A stretch of 63,810 bases of DNA, the filler included, from Chiloscyllium plagiosum (lineage: Eukaryota): assembly GCF_004010195.1 (NCBI RefSeq). It is 5 parts of one record of this genome, joined end to end, with 100 filler letters (N's around TTAATTAATTAA, not from the genome) between each part and the next. Parts side by side here need not be neighbours in the genome. Positions count along the whole stretch, not along the records: positions 1 to 27,841 come from NC_057715.1; positions 27,942 to 45,222 come from NC_057715.1; 3 more parts are not named here. One strand, 5' to 3'. The position numbers and the translations under genes were made by a program. Under the pieces are notes generated by a model. The model was not told the DNA's origin. It saw only the letters and a list, made by a program, of their open reading frames with translations, and did not search any database. Position 1 is the stretch's first letter, and each line of letters begins with the position of its first letter. Shown here one piece after another: positions 24,936-35,904 of this stretch.

Positions 24936-26809
24936 AATGGCTGCCACATTTCTTATTTGGCTTGGGACATGCTGAGGTCTTTGAAAGGCACCATATAACA
25001 GAAAGTCATTGTTCAGTTTGCAGAGATACAAGCTAAAGAATATGCATTAATGTACTACATTCTCTCCAGTATCGTCCATAACTGAGAGATCAAATAATTT
25101 CCAAACTATGTACACTGAGATTAAGGGTAACAAAGTAAACTTCTTTAGCACTTGACCATGTCACTGTGTTCAGGTACTTGATGACATGGGTCCTTTGTGA
25201 CCATGTCATTTGTCGATATAGAGTCATGGAGGGGTGAGTGTATGGAAGAGCTGCATGAGGCAACCTTAATCAATTAGTTCATGCAGCGAGTGCTATGCAC
25301 TGAGTTCAAAACAAAAGTCTGCCAACTATGCTTGCATTGACTCCCCAACATTCAGAAAACATAACTTCAGACTTGAGAAGGTAATCCTGTTTCTCTCTCC
25401 ATAGAAACTGCCAGACCTGCTGAGATCCTCCAGCATTCGCTACATTTGTTTCAGGTTTCAAGCACTTGCAGAGTGTTGCTTTTATTAATTAATTTTGAAG
25501 TATAGTTGTAAGATACGGAGCTAATTTTTGTACAGCCAGGTCCTACAAACAACGAGACAGAAAACCAGATACTATGTCCCGAGTGGCATCAATTCAGGAA
25601 TGAATATTGATCAGGGCACTATGGCCTCAGTTTAATTTCTCATTTCAAAGACGGTACCTCCACTCATTCAACTCTCCCACAGTACTGTGCAGAAATGCAT
25701 GATTATGTAATGGAGGAATAAATATTCGATCTCTGGGGTACAGACCAGAAATCTGTCTAACAACTGGGAGAGTATGCTGACTGAATGCAGAAGTTTGCCT
25801 GTAGGGAATCAGTGAACCTGAGACTTGTCACATCATTCCACTCTGCATAATGTTACCAGCATTCAGGAAAGAAAGCTCAAATAAGTCATTGATTAAGACT
25901 TTTGATAAGTGGTTAAACTATCCACACAGCAATGGGAGGTAAGGGGTGAAAAAGGGAAACAGAAAAATATTACGTCGGGTCATAAACTAATGGCACTTTA
26001 TTTCCTTGGTGTTAACTGCCTGTTCTGTTCTAACCACCAAGTTATCAATTCTCAAAACTGTGTGATGACAAGGTTTTTAATTATGGTTCAGTTCCCTTAT
26101 GTATTATTCAACACCTTTGATCATCAGACTGAGAGAAAGACAAGATAAAATATAACCTCTTATGGGTTGCCTTGATCAAATTACTGTATGGTATTGTTTT
26201 ATATTAAAAATAACAGCATCCCACCTGGGCAAACAGTCTACATTTTCAAAGGAAGTTCCAACACAATATATTGAAGGAGGAGTCAAGAGGGAAGGAAAGA
26301 AAACTTGCATTTACATAGTGCCTTTCATGACCACAGAATCTTTTAAAGTCAAGTGAATTTGATCTGCACTTATTGTTGTAACTGTGCCAGCCAATTTGTG
26401 CACAGGATAATCCCATACAGCATTGTGATAATTACTGGGAAACCAGTTGGTGGAGATACAATTACTGGCCTAGATAGGGAGGTGAACTCTCCCACTCTTG
26501 TCTAAAATAACACCATTATATTTTGAGTCTGCCTGAACAGGGAGACCAGACTGCTGCAGCAACCTAAATTATGTGCTGTAGGGTGGAATTTAATGGTTAT
26601 ATTGGGAGCACGCTGATTGTCTATAAAATCGTTGGAAACACCGCAGCGGTCAATTCAGAGGGCCTGACTGGACCTTATTCCAAATCCGGCAACCACCTAG
26701 TAAGCTCAAATAAAAGCAAAGTACTGTGGATGCTAAAGATCTGAAAGAGAAACTGAAAACAGTGGAGAAACTCAGCAGGTCCGGTTGCAACTGAGGAGAG
26801 AGATAGAGT

Positions 26810-27085
26810 TATGGGTGGCACAGTGGTTAGCACTGCCGTCTCACAGCACCAGAGACCCAGGTTCATTTCCCGCCTCAAGCAACTGTTTGTGTGGAGTTTG
26901 CACATTCTTCCTGTGTCTGTGTGGGTTTCCTCCCACAGTCCAAAACTGTGCAGGTTAGGTGAATTGGCCACGCTAAATTTCCTGTATTGTTAGGTGAAGG
27001 GGTAAATGTAGGGGAATGGGTCTGGGTGGGTTGCTCTTCAGAGGGTCTTTGTTGGGCCAAAGGGCCAGTTTCCATACAGTATTGA
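26810..27085 (+). mobile_element. HE1-type V-SINE inserted into a PLE terminal repeat (26712-27190)
   Basis: V-domain; flanks are inverted PLE-type arms. Confidence 0.8.
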
Positions 27086-27441
27086 ATTTAATCAGTTAAT
27101 GTTCCAACATGATGCTTCTTTGGCTTTTCTCTCTCTACTGATGCCACCAGACATGATGAGTTTCTCCAGCACTTTCTGTCTTTATTATTACCTACCTAAT
27201 CAGCATTGGGATTCCTGGGAGCAGTGAGAGCAACTTCCTGCTGGAGGGTGAATGTTCCATTTACTGTCAGCTTCCTGTTCTGGCAGCACCAACAGTGGTG
27301 GTGGTCACTGCTGATACTGACAGGTGTGTGGTTAACGCTATGGATCTACAATTGACCCTCAGGTGATTGGATGGCTTTGACAGGGTCAGATATGTGACCC
27401 AGTGAGGGATGGAGGCAGGGGTTGTGTGGAGTGTTTGATGG

Positions 27442-27477
<36 letters not shown>

Positions 27478-27579
27478 TTGGCTTCCAAGAGATAAATTGA
27501 ATTAGGGGATTCTGTAGTTTGAGGTACAGACAGACGTTTCTGTGGCCAGCAGAGAAAAAGCAGAATGGTGTGTTTCTTC

Positions 27580-27841
27580 TCAAGGGTAGTAATATCTGGA
27601 TGACTCCCAGTGCTATGAGCTAGTGAGGGCAGGAATATGAGGATAGAACAGATGAATGCATGGCTGAGGAGCTGGTGGATGGGAGAAGGATTCGCATTTT
27701 TGGATTATTGGAATCTCTTTTGGGGTAGAACTGACCTGTACAAGAAGGACGGATTGCACCTAAATTGGAAGGGGACTAATATACTGGCAGGGAAATTTGC
27801 TAGAACTGCTTGGGAGGATTTAAACTAATAAGGTGGGGGGG
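27580..27841 (+). mobile_element. CR1 ORF1 (SGNH esterase) C-terminus
   Basis: MNAWLRSW..GEGF.FLDYW..FWGRTDLYKKDGLHLN; near-identical to 63315-63525. Confidence 0.85.
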
Positions 27842-27941
27842 NNNNNNNNNNNNNNNNNNNNNNNNNNNNNNNNNNNNNNNNNNNNTTAATTAATTAANNN
27901 NNNNNNNNNNNNNNNNNNNNNNNNNNNNNNNNNNNNNNNNN
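27842..27941. other. Assembly gap with synthetic TTAATTAATTAA linker
   Basis: 100-bp N44-linker-N44 block, same at 45223-45322, 56234-56333 and 60850-60949. Confidence 0.97.
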
Positions 27942-27944
27942 ATC

Positions 27945-28235
27945 CCCCCCATCCCCCACATATTTTGTCACATAGCACTGGCTTCAGCCTTGGTCATTCA
28001 CAGCTCCTAATCTCCCTATAATCTCTCTATGGACTGTCATTATCACCTCTTTATTGCTACCTTTGCTTCTGGAGCTATGACTCACCTTCTCTCAGACTCG
28101 TATAAATACCTCCGTATTCCCCCTTTTTTAGCTTTGACAAAGGGTCAGTTAGACTCAAAATGTCAGCTCTTTTCTCTCCTTACAGATGTTGCCAGACCTG
28201 CTGGGATTGTCCAGCATTATCTCTTTTGGTTCCAG
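27945..28235 (+). mobile_element. PLE 3' region with degenerate hammerhead-like terminus
   Basis: TTGACAAAGGGTCAGTTAGACTCAAAATGTCA followed by a GATG.TGCCAGACCTGCTG terminus. Confidence 0.55.
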
Positions 28236-28734
28236 GATGAGTTACCTAACAAACCCGATTCTGATAACCTACACTACCACCAGGTCAAGTGACACCTCAG
28301 TTTTAAAATGTTCATCATTGCTTGCAAGCCACTTCTGTCTCTGTAATCTTCACCACGCTTGCAGCCATCTGAAATATCTGCATTCAGTTTACTCTAGTAT
28401 CTGAGCATCCCAGATTATGATGCTTGTGATAATGGTTCCTGTTTCTTCAACTGCCTGGACACTAATCCTCTAGAATCCACTCCTTAAAACCATCTGACTC
28501 TCCACCTCTCTGTTTTCCATTAAATTGCTCCTTAAAACCTACATCCTTGACCAAACATTTGGTCATCTCCCATTATATTGCATTACTATATGTCCTAATA
28601 TATGTGACATACTTTAGGGAAGGAAATCTGCTGTACTTACCTGGTCTGACCTACATGTAACTCCAGCTCCACAGAAATATAGTCAGCCCTCAATTGACTT
28701 CTAAGCAATTAAGAATGGCAGTAAAAAAACTGTG

Positions 28735-28910
28735 AGAAAGTGAGGACTGCAGATGCTGGAGACCAGAGTTGAAAAGTGTGATGCTGGAAACACACAGCAG
28801 GCCAGGCAGCATCTGAGGAGCAGGAGAATCGACGTTTCGGGCATAAGGGCTTATGTCCAAAACGTCGATTCTCCTGCTCCTTGGATGCTGCCTGGCCTGC
28901 TGTGTTTTTC
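28735..28910. mobile_element. Fold-back PLE mini-insertion (family 1), 16-bp TSD
   Basis: CAGTAAAAAAACTGTG at 28719-28734 and 28911-28926. Confidence 0.9.
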
Positions 28911-29596
28911 CAGTAAAAAAACTGTGTCTGATGCACCCACCAAGAATGGATGATTTTTTAAAAAGGCTTGGTATGAAATTTTCCTAAATAATTCCACAGT
29001 AAAGCATGTTGAATTGCACTGAAGATACTCGAAAAATATCAGTTATTGCACTGGTTCCATCTCTGAATGCACTGTCAGGTTAATTAATTGCACAAACCTG
29101 AATTAATAAATTTCTGTGGCTCTGCCAAATTTTTCATGAATTAGTTTTCCATTTTTACTCGGGCACAAGTATTAGTTTTAGGCCAAGGGTTGCGAGTTAC
29201 CATTTCACTCACCCCAGTAAAGGAGTCAGCGTTTCTGGGCCCCAGCTTTCATCGACTTAAAAGAATCAGTTCAGAATGGGTTCCTCCCCTCAGGGCCTTC
29301 TCTTGCCACTAATGAATGTGGTTCCTGAAAATCGCAAGATGGGAATCTGTGTAACTAATGTTGCCGCCTAGAGTATGTAACAGCTGAGATCAGTTCAAGC
29401 AGCAGGAATAAGTTCAGAACACAGCTGAGATAAGAAAGAGAGAGTGTAAGAAATGGTGTTAAACACCAATGGCAGTGGTCAAGCATTGTTAAAGACTGGC
29501 TTCACTTCAGCTGGAAAACTATGTCCATCTCCAATTAACACTTGTTAAGAAGGATGTCAAGGCCTGGGAAAGGTTACAGAAGGTTGGAAAGTGGAA

Positions 29597-30134
29597 AGTC
29601 TTGGACCTCTTCGATCGCCACTCCCTTACGTGTCCTGGGCCTCCTCCATTGCCACTTCCTTAATTGTCCTGGGCCTCCTCCATTGCCACTCCCTTAATTG
29701 TCCTGGGCCACCTCTATCGCCACTCCCTTACTGGTCCTGGGCCACCTCCATCGCCACTCCCTTACTGGTCCTGGGCCTCCTCCATCGCCACTCCCTTACT
29801 GGTCCTGGGCCTCCTCCATCGCCACTCTCTTACTGGTCCTGGGCCTCCTCCATCGCCACTCTCTTACTGGTCCTGGGCCTCCTCCATCGCCACTCTCTTA
29901 CTGGTCGCCCCCACCTCCATCCACCTATTGCACTCTCAGCTACCTTCTCCCCAGCCTTACTACCCCTCATTTATCTCTCCACTCCCGAGATTCCCAGCCT
30001 CATTCCTGATGGAGAGCTTTGGCCCAAAACATTGATTTTCCTGCTCCTCGGATGCTGTCTGACCTGCTGTGCTTTTCAAGCACCACTCTAATCTAAACTC
30101 TAATCTCCAACATCTACAGTACCCACTTTCACCC
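29597..30134 (+). mobile_element. PLE insertion with 5' 34-bp minisatellite, 11-bp TSD
   Basis: GGAAAGTGGAA at 29586-29596 and 30135-30145; pLTR end at ~30000-30134. Confidence 0.85.
29598..29906. repeat. Minisatellite, 34-bp unit, ~9 copies
   Basis: CTGGTCCTGGGCCTCCTCCATCGCCACTCCCTTA repeated. Confidence 0.9.
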
Positions 30135-30269
30135 GGAAAGTGGAATGGCCTACTCCTGTTCCTGGAAGAGATTTGTGAAAATGGTGCCTGGTCTGAGGTG
30201 GAGTAGAATAATTGGATAATGGCTATGATTTTGAGCCGACAAAGCAGCATTGTCAGCCTTTTTAAAAAA

Positions 30270-30830
30270 TATATTTATTCATAGAATGAGGGTGTCGCTG
30301 GCTAGGCCAGCATTTATTGCTTATCCTTAGTTGCTCTGAGGGTAGTTAAGATTCTGTGAGATCTGAAGTCACATGTAGGCCAGACCAGGTAAGGAGAGCA
30401 GACTTCCTTCCCTGAAGCACATTAGTGAACCAGATGGTTCACTGAAAATCATCATAGCTTCATGGTCAGCATTAGACTCTTAATTCCAGATTAGCATTGA
30501 ATTCAAATTCCAACATCCACCATGGCAGGATTCAAACTCAGGTCCCCAGAACATTACCTGGATCTCTGGATCTAATAGCGTTGAAACGTGTGGCGCTGAA
30601 AAAGCACAGCAGGTCATGCAGCATCCGAGGAGCAGGAGAGTCAATGTTTCAGGCATAAGCCCTTCATCAGGAATATAATAAACATGACTGTCCTGCTCCC
30701 TGGATGCTGCCTGACTTGCTGTGCTTTTCTAATGCCACACTTTTCACTCTGACTCTCCAGCATCTGCAGTCCTCATGGTTTCTCAGTCTCTGGATCTAAT
30801 GGTCCAGTGATAATAACACTAGGCCATCAT
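30270..30830 (-). mobile_element. tRNA-derived SINE sharing its 3' tail with the 42815 LINE family; contains a PLE insert
   Basis: GCTAGGCCAGCATTTATTGC...CACATGTAGGCCAGACCAGGTAAGG; other copies at 34085-34610, 45620-45808, 52050-52315, 58585-58775. Confidence 0.75.
30577..30786. mobile_element. Fold-back PLE mini-insertion (family 1), 14-bp TSD
   Basis: TCTCTGGATCTAAT at 30563-30576 and 30787-30800. Confidence 0.85.
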
Positions 30831-30934
30831 GTATCCCCAGTCCTGGTCCTGTGACCTTTTGAAAATAGAAACTTGGGCTTATAAGTTTTTGCACCTTTGT
30901 ATATCAAAATGTTAATTACTAAACGTTAAGTTTA

Positions 30935-31580
30935 ATTGTTTAACTTTGGCTGGAAGAATGGAAAGACAGTAAGCAATTTAAATGGAGAAGGTTAAGAACT
31001 CTGAGATTTGGGCATCCTGGTCCAGGAATCACAAAAACAAAATTGGTGTCCAGGTACAGCAAGTGAATAGGAAGGCAAATAGAATGTTGCTATTTATTGC
31101 AATGGGAATGAAATATAAATATAAATGAAAGAAATGTTTGTCTGAAGTTGTACAAGACATTAGTGAGATCACATCTGGAGTGCTGTTTACTGTTATGATC
31201 TCCTTATTTAAAAACGGACATACTTGCATCAGAAACAGTTCAAAACAGCTTTGCTTGACTGACTCCCTGGATGAGTGGTTAATTTATGAAGGGATATTAG
31301 ACAGGTTAGGCCTGTATTCATTGGAGTTAAGGCAATTGACAACTTATCTTCTTGAGACATGTAAGATTCTGAGAAAAACTGACAAGGTGGATGCTAGGAG
31401 GATGTTTTCCCTTGTGGAAGAGATTGGAACTAGGGGAGACAATTTAAAAAGACATCTCCTATTTCAGATGAAGATGGGGTCATTTTGTTTCTCTGAGGGT
31501 GGTGAGACTATGGAACCTTCTCTCACAAGACTGTTGGAGATAGGGTCATTGATTTGATGGTAAACAGAAACTTGACTAAC
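30935..31580 (+). mobile_element. CR1 LINE fragment (tail resumes ~32520-32635)
   Basis: QVQQVNRKANRMLLFI, LDRLGLYSLE. Confidence 0.75.
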
Positions 31581-31582
31581 TG

Positions 31583-32040
31583 ATTGATTGATTTCTTGTT
31601 GTCACATTTACCGAGATACAGTATAAAGTGCTCTGCATACTATCCAGGCAAATAGAGGTCAGCAGAATAGAGAGCAGAATAAAGTGTTACAGCTGCAGAG
31701 GAAGTGCAGAGAGAGAGAGAGAGATTGAGAGAGATCAGAATTAACATTTGACAGGTCTGTTCAAAAGTCTGCTAAATGCGGGGAAGACGTTATTCTTGAA
31801 TATGGAATAGAGTACCACCAGGCTGGGAGGGGTCTTTGATCATGTCGATTGCTTTCCTGAGGCAACGAGATGTATGGAGGGAGTCAATGGATGGAAGACT
31901 GGTTTATGTGATGGACTGGGCTGCGTGCATGATTCTCTGGTGGCCTTGGGAAGAGCCATATCACTTTATGATGCATCCTGATAGGATGTTTTCGATGAGG
32001 CATCTCTTAAAATTGGTAAGAGTCCTTGTGGACATGCCTC
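31583..32040 (-). mobile_element. Rex1/Babar-like LINE 3' end
   Basis: Reverse complement parallels 54040-54400; similar piece at 62245-62570. Confidence 0.65.
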
Positions 32041-32883
32041 TCTGTGTAATGGAAGATTTCAAGATGGCGCTGGAGCATGGCAATACTTTGCGAACTGCCT
32101 ACAGCAGATCTTATTCTTACATACCTTCTAATAGCTCTGCTCTACTAAATCTCAATTTTACATCTATCAAAATTACTGACAAATTCTCTTAAGTCAGTTG
32201 TAGAATCTTTAAATCTGAAATTCTCTTAAATCTACTTTCAGGTCTAAAGATTCTACAACCAACAAGGCTCGACTACGACGCTGGGAATTGCAAGCTCAGG
32301 GGAACTAAGGGCCTATCAGCTTCCTACAAGCCTGACCGCCTCATGGAAACCCAGAGCTGAGGCCCGAGCAGAGCGGGAACAAGAACTGACCCTATGGTGA
32401 CCTGACCTTGAGTAGGCCTGACCAAACCAACTGCAAGACCCCCAGGAGCGCTTGTGAACGAGACTAGTGCCCAGAACCCCATTGGACGCAGCTAAGTACC
32501 TTGCCGACTCTGGAACTTGTGACTCAAATGGTTGCAGTAGCAGGAACATGGAGTTAAGGCATAAATACATGAGCCACAATATTGTCAAATGATAGAGAAT
32601 ATTCAAGGGGCTGTGCCTACTCCTATTTCACAATTTTGTGTTTGTAATGAAGTCCTTAAGATAGCAAATGTCTCTGTTTTATTGTAAAATTCAAAATTTT
32701 GGGGAGACCATGGCGTTAGATTACTCTCTGAAGGAAAATCAATATTTAGAATTGTCTTTTAGCCATTTGAATGCCTTCTTTTCACTTCCTATATGAGTCA
32801 AGTCATGTCGAGCATTCCCACTGTTTAAATTACAAATCATTTACCTTGATGTGCAAATTGGGATCAGCATTATTCCTGAGCTG

Positions 32884-33097
32884 GAAATGTGTTGCTGGAA
32901 AAGCGCAGCAGGTCAGGCAGCATCCAGGGAACAGGAGAATCGATGTTTCGGGCATTAGCCCTTCTTCAGGAAATGCCCGAATGCCCGAAACGTCGATTCT
33001 CCTGTTCCCTGGATGCTGCCTGACCTGCTGCGCTTTTCCAGCAACCCATTTCCATCTCTGATCTCCAGCATCTGCAGACCTCACTTTCTCCTCAAAG
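32884..33097. mobile_element. Fold-back PLE mini-insertion (family 1), 15-bp TSD
   Basis: ATTATTCCTGAGCTG at 32869-32883 and 33098-33112. Confidence 0.9.
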
Positions 33098-35904
33098 ATT
33101 ATTCCTGAGCTGTCAGCATTTCGGGGATTTTGCCAATTCTTTTGCTGACAGCTTTCTAGATGCTATTGGTCAAGATACAAGATTGGACAGCGAAAGACTG
33201 GAAAGGATAATTGAAGTGATTTAACCATTCAGAAACTGCTGTCCTTTAAGGTATCAGTGGAAGTCAAGCTCATTATGCATTTACTCTTTGCCTTGATTTG
33301 CCCTAAACCTAAGTAGCAAATTGAAATTGTGCAAATCACTTTTTCTGTAATCATTTGTGCTAGACTAAAAACAATTTATCTAAAAAACCATTCACGTCCA
33401 AAAAAATGGTTGCACTCCCCTTTCTCCCAAATGCATTCACACATACATGCTCACACACACTCACAAAGACACAAACACTCACACAGACACACATACATAC
33501 ACAAACACGCACACACACAAATGCAAACACAGATTCTCACACTCTCTTTTTCTCTCTCACACACACACGCACAATTGATAGGTTTCTGCTGATTATGTTC
33601 AGTTGTCAGCCTTTGAGAAAGCTCCAAAACGTAAACTGTTTCTTTTGGCCACTGACAGGAACACTTTTAATGGGTTTTGAATTAATCATTTTTTTCTATT
33701 TTACTAAGAAATTGATGACTGTAATCCATTTTGACGAGCAAATGTTTTTCTTTAAAATTCGTTTTCAGTTTCTTAAAATTAGATTGCACACAGATGGTCT
33801 ATGTATGCTCTTGAAATAATGCTTTTTTTTTGGTGATAGCCCTGCTTCCAGCTGCACTCATCAAATTGCACTCAGTTATCATTCTTTGATATGTCAAGAA
33901 ATATTTTTTTGAGCAGCAGTTTTTTTTTAAAACGATTCACAATTCAACCTGATTGCAATGGTCCACGTCAGATTTTCATTTGCCAAATGCATGTGGAGAA
34001 ACTTGAGAGAGGGAAAGGGAACAACTCAAGAAGGGCAGAATTTAGGTGGGAATGCTCACCAGGATCATCAAATCCTTCCAGCTTTTTAAAATTAATTAAT
34101 GGGATGAGGGCATCATTGGCTAGGCCAGCATTTGTGGCTAATTCCTAATTGTCGAGAGAGCAGTTAGGTGTCAACTACATTGCTGTGGGTCTAGAGTCAG
34201 AGAAGGATGGCAGTTTCCTCCCCTAAAGAGCATGAGTGTACTAGGTGGATTTTTATTGACATGGTCAACATTGGCCTAGCTTTCCTCCTTTCCAGGTTTT
34301 GACTGAATGGTTGGATTTGTACCAATGTCCACAGGACATTAACCTGGAGTATGGGATTGATTAGTCCAGTGACAGACCACTACGGCAATATAGTAACCAA
34401 TATTCATTCAACCTAAGGGGCATTAGTGAATCAGATGGGTTTTTCCCTGAAAAAGTCAGCAATGGTCACTATTAAACTCTTGACTCCAGATTTTTATCGA
34501 ATGCACATTCCACCATCTGCTATAGCAGGATTCAAACCCAGGCCCCCAGCACGTTGCCTAAGTCTCTCGACTAAAAATCTACTGATAACTCCTTAAAGCC
34601 ATCACCTTCCTTTACTTCAACGTGTGCCTATGTTGCTGACGGTTATAAACCAGGAGAGGTTCATATTTTGGTCTCCAATCTATGCTGAGCTATGGCATCT
34701 GTGGAACTGCCATAATTTATGCCTTTAATCTGTTGTGTGAGGAAAATTGGAAGTGAATAAGAATTTAATTTGCGTGTGATGCATTCTTGCAACATTATAG
34801 CAAGCACCCACTATAGCATCACACCTTTTGAGGTGACAATTTGTTAAGATTGAAAAAGTAGCAAAGAAATCTATTAGAACTGAAAGAAATAAGTTATGTT
34901 AGCTCCATTTTATATTAACCTCTGCAGTTAAATCCTGGAACAAAAATAACTAACCCCGCAAGAAGTCACGGCAGCATTCTTAAAAAGCCAGCTGGTATAT
35001 ATTTACATTTAGAGTTACTTTTTAAATTCTGAACTGGCGACTCAAAATCATTGAGCTGTAAGTAGCTCTTTTTATGTGTTGCTCAACCTAAAACCTAATT
35101 TTTAAAAAAAATTCATACCATTCAAAACCACAATATAATGGAATGGTTTTTGAGAGTAAATAAGGAAAGAAAACTAATGGCATGGTACAATTACAAACCG
35201 GATACCTGGGATAACCTCATAGATATAGGTTGGAGGTTGAGGAAGGGAGATATCGCGAGGCTTATGCTGTAATGTGACTATCTCTGCAACAAAGCATTTT
35301 TGGTGAACTTAATACACGGGCAATGAGTATATACAACATGTGCTGTTTAATAGAGCTTCAAGTGTTTGGCTGTTTGTTAATTCATCTTGGGATAAGAAAA
35401 GCAGGATAACAGTTTGAAAATTGATAAAATTCACATTTCTACCAAGGTAACAGTAACTCCCTCTGTACCACAATCATTGCCTTTAGGAGAGGAAGGGTCA
35501 ACTGGTTAAGAAAATCCATTGATCATTTGAGATTCAGAGCATTTATTTCAGTGCTTTAGATGAAGCTGAAAATCTGAAAGATTGCTATAAATCCATATGT
35601 ACACCAAATCTCGAGGGGAATCGACTTATAATTGGCCACATGATGGAATTGAGAGCTATCTTTGGCATCGGTATCCATGGCTCCTTGAATGCAATGATTA
35701 ACCCAAAGTGTGTTTTTTCAGCACCAAATCACTTCAAGATTGCCGCATCAAAGTTACTGCATAGGAACATGGAAATACCTGTAGGTCATTCAGCCCCTCA
35801 AGCCTGTTCCATTACTCAATGGGATCATGTTACTCATTATACCTGCCAATGGCCCATATCCCTTGATACCTTTGTTTAACAAAAACTTACCGGTCTCAGA
35901 TATA

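Noticed and set aside
29591..30091. ORFs open in three frames
   Set aside because: Translations of the 34-bp minisatellite
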